Shown here one piece after another: positions 61,910-64,000 of a DNA stretch of 64,000 nucleotides. The first letter of the stretch is position 1; the number at the start of each line of letters is the position of its first letter. The stretch is from Rhodothermales bacterium. GTDB lineage: Bacteria; Bacteroidota; Rhodothermia; Rhodothermales; Bin80. The DNA lies in assembly GCA_965216255.1 (NCBI GenBank), contig OZ244148.1, positions 838,623 through 902,622 of the forward strand, given 5' to 3'. Below the pieces are notes generated by a model that ran no database searches, was not told the DNA's origin, and saw only the letters and a program-made list of their open reading frames with translations. Position numbers and translations under genes: made by a program.

Positions 61910-62883
61910 GACGCGCCGGGCTCCGGCGCACTGCAAAGCACGTCCAGTACTTCGCCCTGCGATTCGGCCCCAGAAAGGCGCATGCGCAACTGGCTTGCGC
62001 ATCGGAAACCCTTGAAGTAGCCCCCGTACATACGCCGCATCTCGCGTACTCCCTTGCGCTCACCCAGCCACTGACACTTCATCCGCAGGTGTTCACATAC
62101 CACCGCCAGACGCTCCTGCCAGGACGGAGGCGGTGGAATCTGGCCGGTAGCCATGTAGGCCTTGGCGTCCCGGAAGATCCATGGATTGCCGATGGCGCCC
62201 CGACCAATCATGACCGCATCCACGCCCGTAGTTTCGAACATGCGTGCAATGGCCACCGGCGAGGTGGCATCCCCGTTGCCTAGAAGCGGCATGGTGCACA
62301 GACCATCCTCCTTTATGCGCCTGAGATAGTCCCAGCGGGCATCGCCCCGGTACATCTGCTTGCGTGTACGGGCATGCACAGCGAGCGCCTGGACACCACA
62401 CTCTTCCAGCATTTGCGCGACCCGCACTATCTCGATGCTCTCATCATCCCAGCCCAGGCGCGTTTTTACCGTAACCGGACGGGTGGCCACTTCCATTACC
62501 GCCCGCGTTATGGCCATCATCTTGGGCAAGTTGCGCAAAATGCCAGCGCCGCCATCCTTGCATACGACCTTTCTTACGGGACAGCCAAAATTGATGTCAA
62601 TGATGTCTGGCTCCCTGGCATCCACCATCTTGGCGGCGTCGCGGACCTGGCAGAGATTGCCACCAAATATCTGAATGCCCACAGGGCGCTCTTCTTCCGA
62701 GATATCGAGCTTCATGACGGAATCCGCCGCCTCATGAACAAGCCCGCCGGAAGAAATGAATTCCGTATAGACGACATCAGCGCCGTAGCGTTTGCAAAGC
62801 AAGCGGAACGGCGGGTCGGTTACATCTTCCATTGGTGCCAGCAATAGCGGCTTCGGCCCAAGGTCGATTGCACCTATCTTCAT
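61876..62883 (-). CDS. dusB: tRNA-dihydrouridine synthase
   Basis: LAPMEDVTD, DINFGCP, TVKTRLG, VHART and MIGRGAIGNPW. Confidence 0.93.
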   Translation of the reverse strand: MKIGAIDLGPKPLLLAPMEDVTDPPFRLLCKRYGADVVYTEFISSGGLVHEAADSVMKLDISEEERPVGIQIFGGNLCQVRDAAKMVDAREPDIIDINFGCPVRKVVCKDGGAGILRNLPKMMAITRAVMEVATRPVTVKTRLGWDDESIEIVRVAQMLEECGVQALAVHARTRKQMYRGDARWDYLRRIKEDGLCTMPLLGNGDATSPVAIARMFETTGVDAVMIGRGAIGNPWIFRDAKAYMATGQIPPPPSWQERLAVVCEHLRMKCQWLGERKGVREMRRMYGGYFKGFRCASQLRMRLSGAESQGEVLDVLCSAPEPGASYASAAGVSRR

Positions 62884-63000
62884 GGTACCAAGTAATTTGT
62901 GCCGCCCAACGCGCAGCCGGAAGGCACTGTTCCGGCAGGCGCATAACATTTGGCCGTCCCTTCGTATACTCAAGAGTCGATCCTTATTGCTGCCACCACC

Positions 63001-63264
63001 ATGCGAAGATTCTATTACGTCCTGCTACTCGCCTTCGCCGCGCCGTTCGTCTCGGGATGCGGAAGGAACCTCCTGGAAATGGCCACCGAATCCACGAGCC
63101 TGGGTTGCTTTGGGCTCATCATCCTCATACTCGATGTTATAGCCCTGATTGAGGTATTCGGCAGTGACCGAAACATTTCAGCCAAGGTACTCTGGGGCCT
63201 GTTTATCTTCCTTTGCCCCGTAGTTGGGGTCGTGGGCTACTATCTCTTCGGGCGCGGCCAATAG
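63001..63264 (+). CDS. Small lipoprotein with a PLDc_N-like membrane hairpin
   Basis: Lipobox VSGC; LDVIALIEV..KVLWGLFIFLCPVVGVVGYYLFGR. Confidence 0.7.
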   Translation: MRRFYYVLLLAFAAPFVSGCGRNLLEMATESTSLGCFGLIILILDVIALIEVFGSDRNISAKVLWGLFIFLCPVVGVVGYYLFGRGQ

Positions 63265-63270
63265 GACGAG

Positions 63271-64000
63271 ATGCGCTTAGGGATCCCGCTCCTTATTGCC
63301 CTGCTGGCCCCGGGCAGGTGCGACAAACCTCCCGAGACCCTGGCCCCGACCGTCGTGCTTGTATCGCTCGACGGATTCCGGGCGGACTATTTGGAACGGT
63401 TTGCGCCGCCTACGCTGCAGCGCTTGGCCGCACAAGGCGTGCGGGCCGACTTCCTCCGCGTAAGCTTCCCTTCCAAGACCTTCCCCAGCCACTATACCCT
63501 GGTGACAGGACTCTACCCCGCGCACCACGGCATAGTGAGCAATGCCATGTACGACCCCGCTACTAGCGAATCCTTCGGACTCTCGGACCGGGATGCCGTA
63601 ACGGATGCCCGTTGGTGGGGTGGGGAACCGATCTGGGTGACTCTGAGGAACGCAAAGAAGGTCGCGGCACCGTTCTTCTGGCCTGGGTCCGAGGCGCCGA
63701 TCGGAGGTAGGCTGCCGCGGTACTCCAAGCCATTTGCTTCAGACGTTCCTGCGGGCGAACGCATCGACTGGATCGTGGAGGCTCTGGCAGCGCCTGCCGC
63801 AGAGCGTCCCGTGTTCCTGACGTTGTATCTCTCCGACGTGGACGGCGCCGGCCACCGCCACGGACCGGATTCGGAAGAACTAGCGCGCGCCGTAGGGCGC
63901 GTCGACAGCCTGGTGCAGGTGCTGGCTGAGCGCCTGCGAGACTTCGGGTACGCAGACGCCGTGAACCTCATCATCACGAGCGACCACGGCATGGCCTCTA
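63271..64000 (+). CDS. Ectonucleotide pyrophosphatase/phosphodiesterase (NPP) family protein, 3'-partial
   Basis: Not in the ORF track because it has no stop. Reads MRLGIPLL..VVLVSLDGFRADY..FPSKTFPSHYTLVTGLYPAHHGIVSN..WWGGEPIW..SDHGM. Confidence 0.9.
   Translation, partial: MRLGIPLLIALLAPGRCDKPPETLAPTVVLVSLDGFRADYLERFAPPTLQRLAAQGVRADFLRVSFPSKTFPSHYTLVTGLYPAHHGIVSNAMYDPATSESFGLSDRDAVTDARWWGGEPIWVTLRNAKKVAAPFFWPGSEAPIGGRLPRYSKPFASDVPAGERIDWIVEALAAPAAERPVFLTLYLSDVDGAGHRHGPDSEELARAVGRVDSLVQVLAERLRDFGYADAVNLIITSDHGMAS

Overview
Bacterial chromosome window of about 60% GC. The core genes look Rhodothermota/Bacteroidota-like, which is an inference from gene content only. Positions 1-8.6 kb hold the 3' half of a type 1 BREX defence locus (brxC end, pglX, pglZ, brxL). 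Positions 8.9-22.6 kb hold a myo-inositol catabolism/ABC cluster (iolC, iolD, ABC, iolA) and housekeeping genes, followed by tRNA-Thr(CGT). Downstream of the tRNA, a decayed DUF1080-like/FG-GAP gene is split in frame by a 16.6 kb block (23684-40255). That block is bounded by two inverted IS66 copies and a 7-bp direct repeat, so it looks like an IS66 composite transposon. Its left IS66 contains a group II intron and an ISNCY element, and the ISNCY contains an IS30. The cargo includes a DUF262 + HEPN gene pair (candidate anti-phage system), an IS256 remnant and an IS1634 remnant. It also includes an intact IS1111-type IS110 element whose downstream non-coding region carries readable bridge/seekRNA-like guides matching its own target and donor junctions. 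Positions 41-52 kb hold an M1 peptidase, a predicted trans-3-hydroxyproline catabolic pair, mnmA, apt and an ECF sigma cassette. Positions 51997-56199 are a 4.2 kb IS1595-family element with passenger genes (HigB toxin with an internal amber stop, HigA with an unusual C-terminus), inserted in the last codons of radA. The window ends with mlaEFD, an HD protein, DUF445, dusB and a partial NPP-family phosphodiesterase. All calls come from motif recognition and manual sequence comparison; no database search was run.
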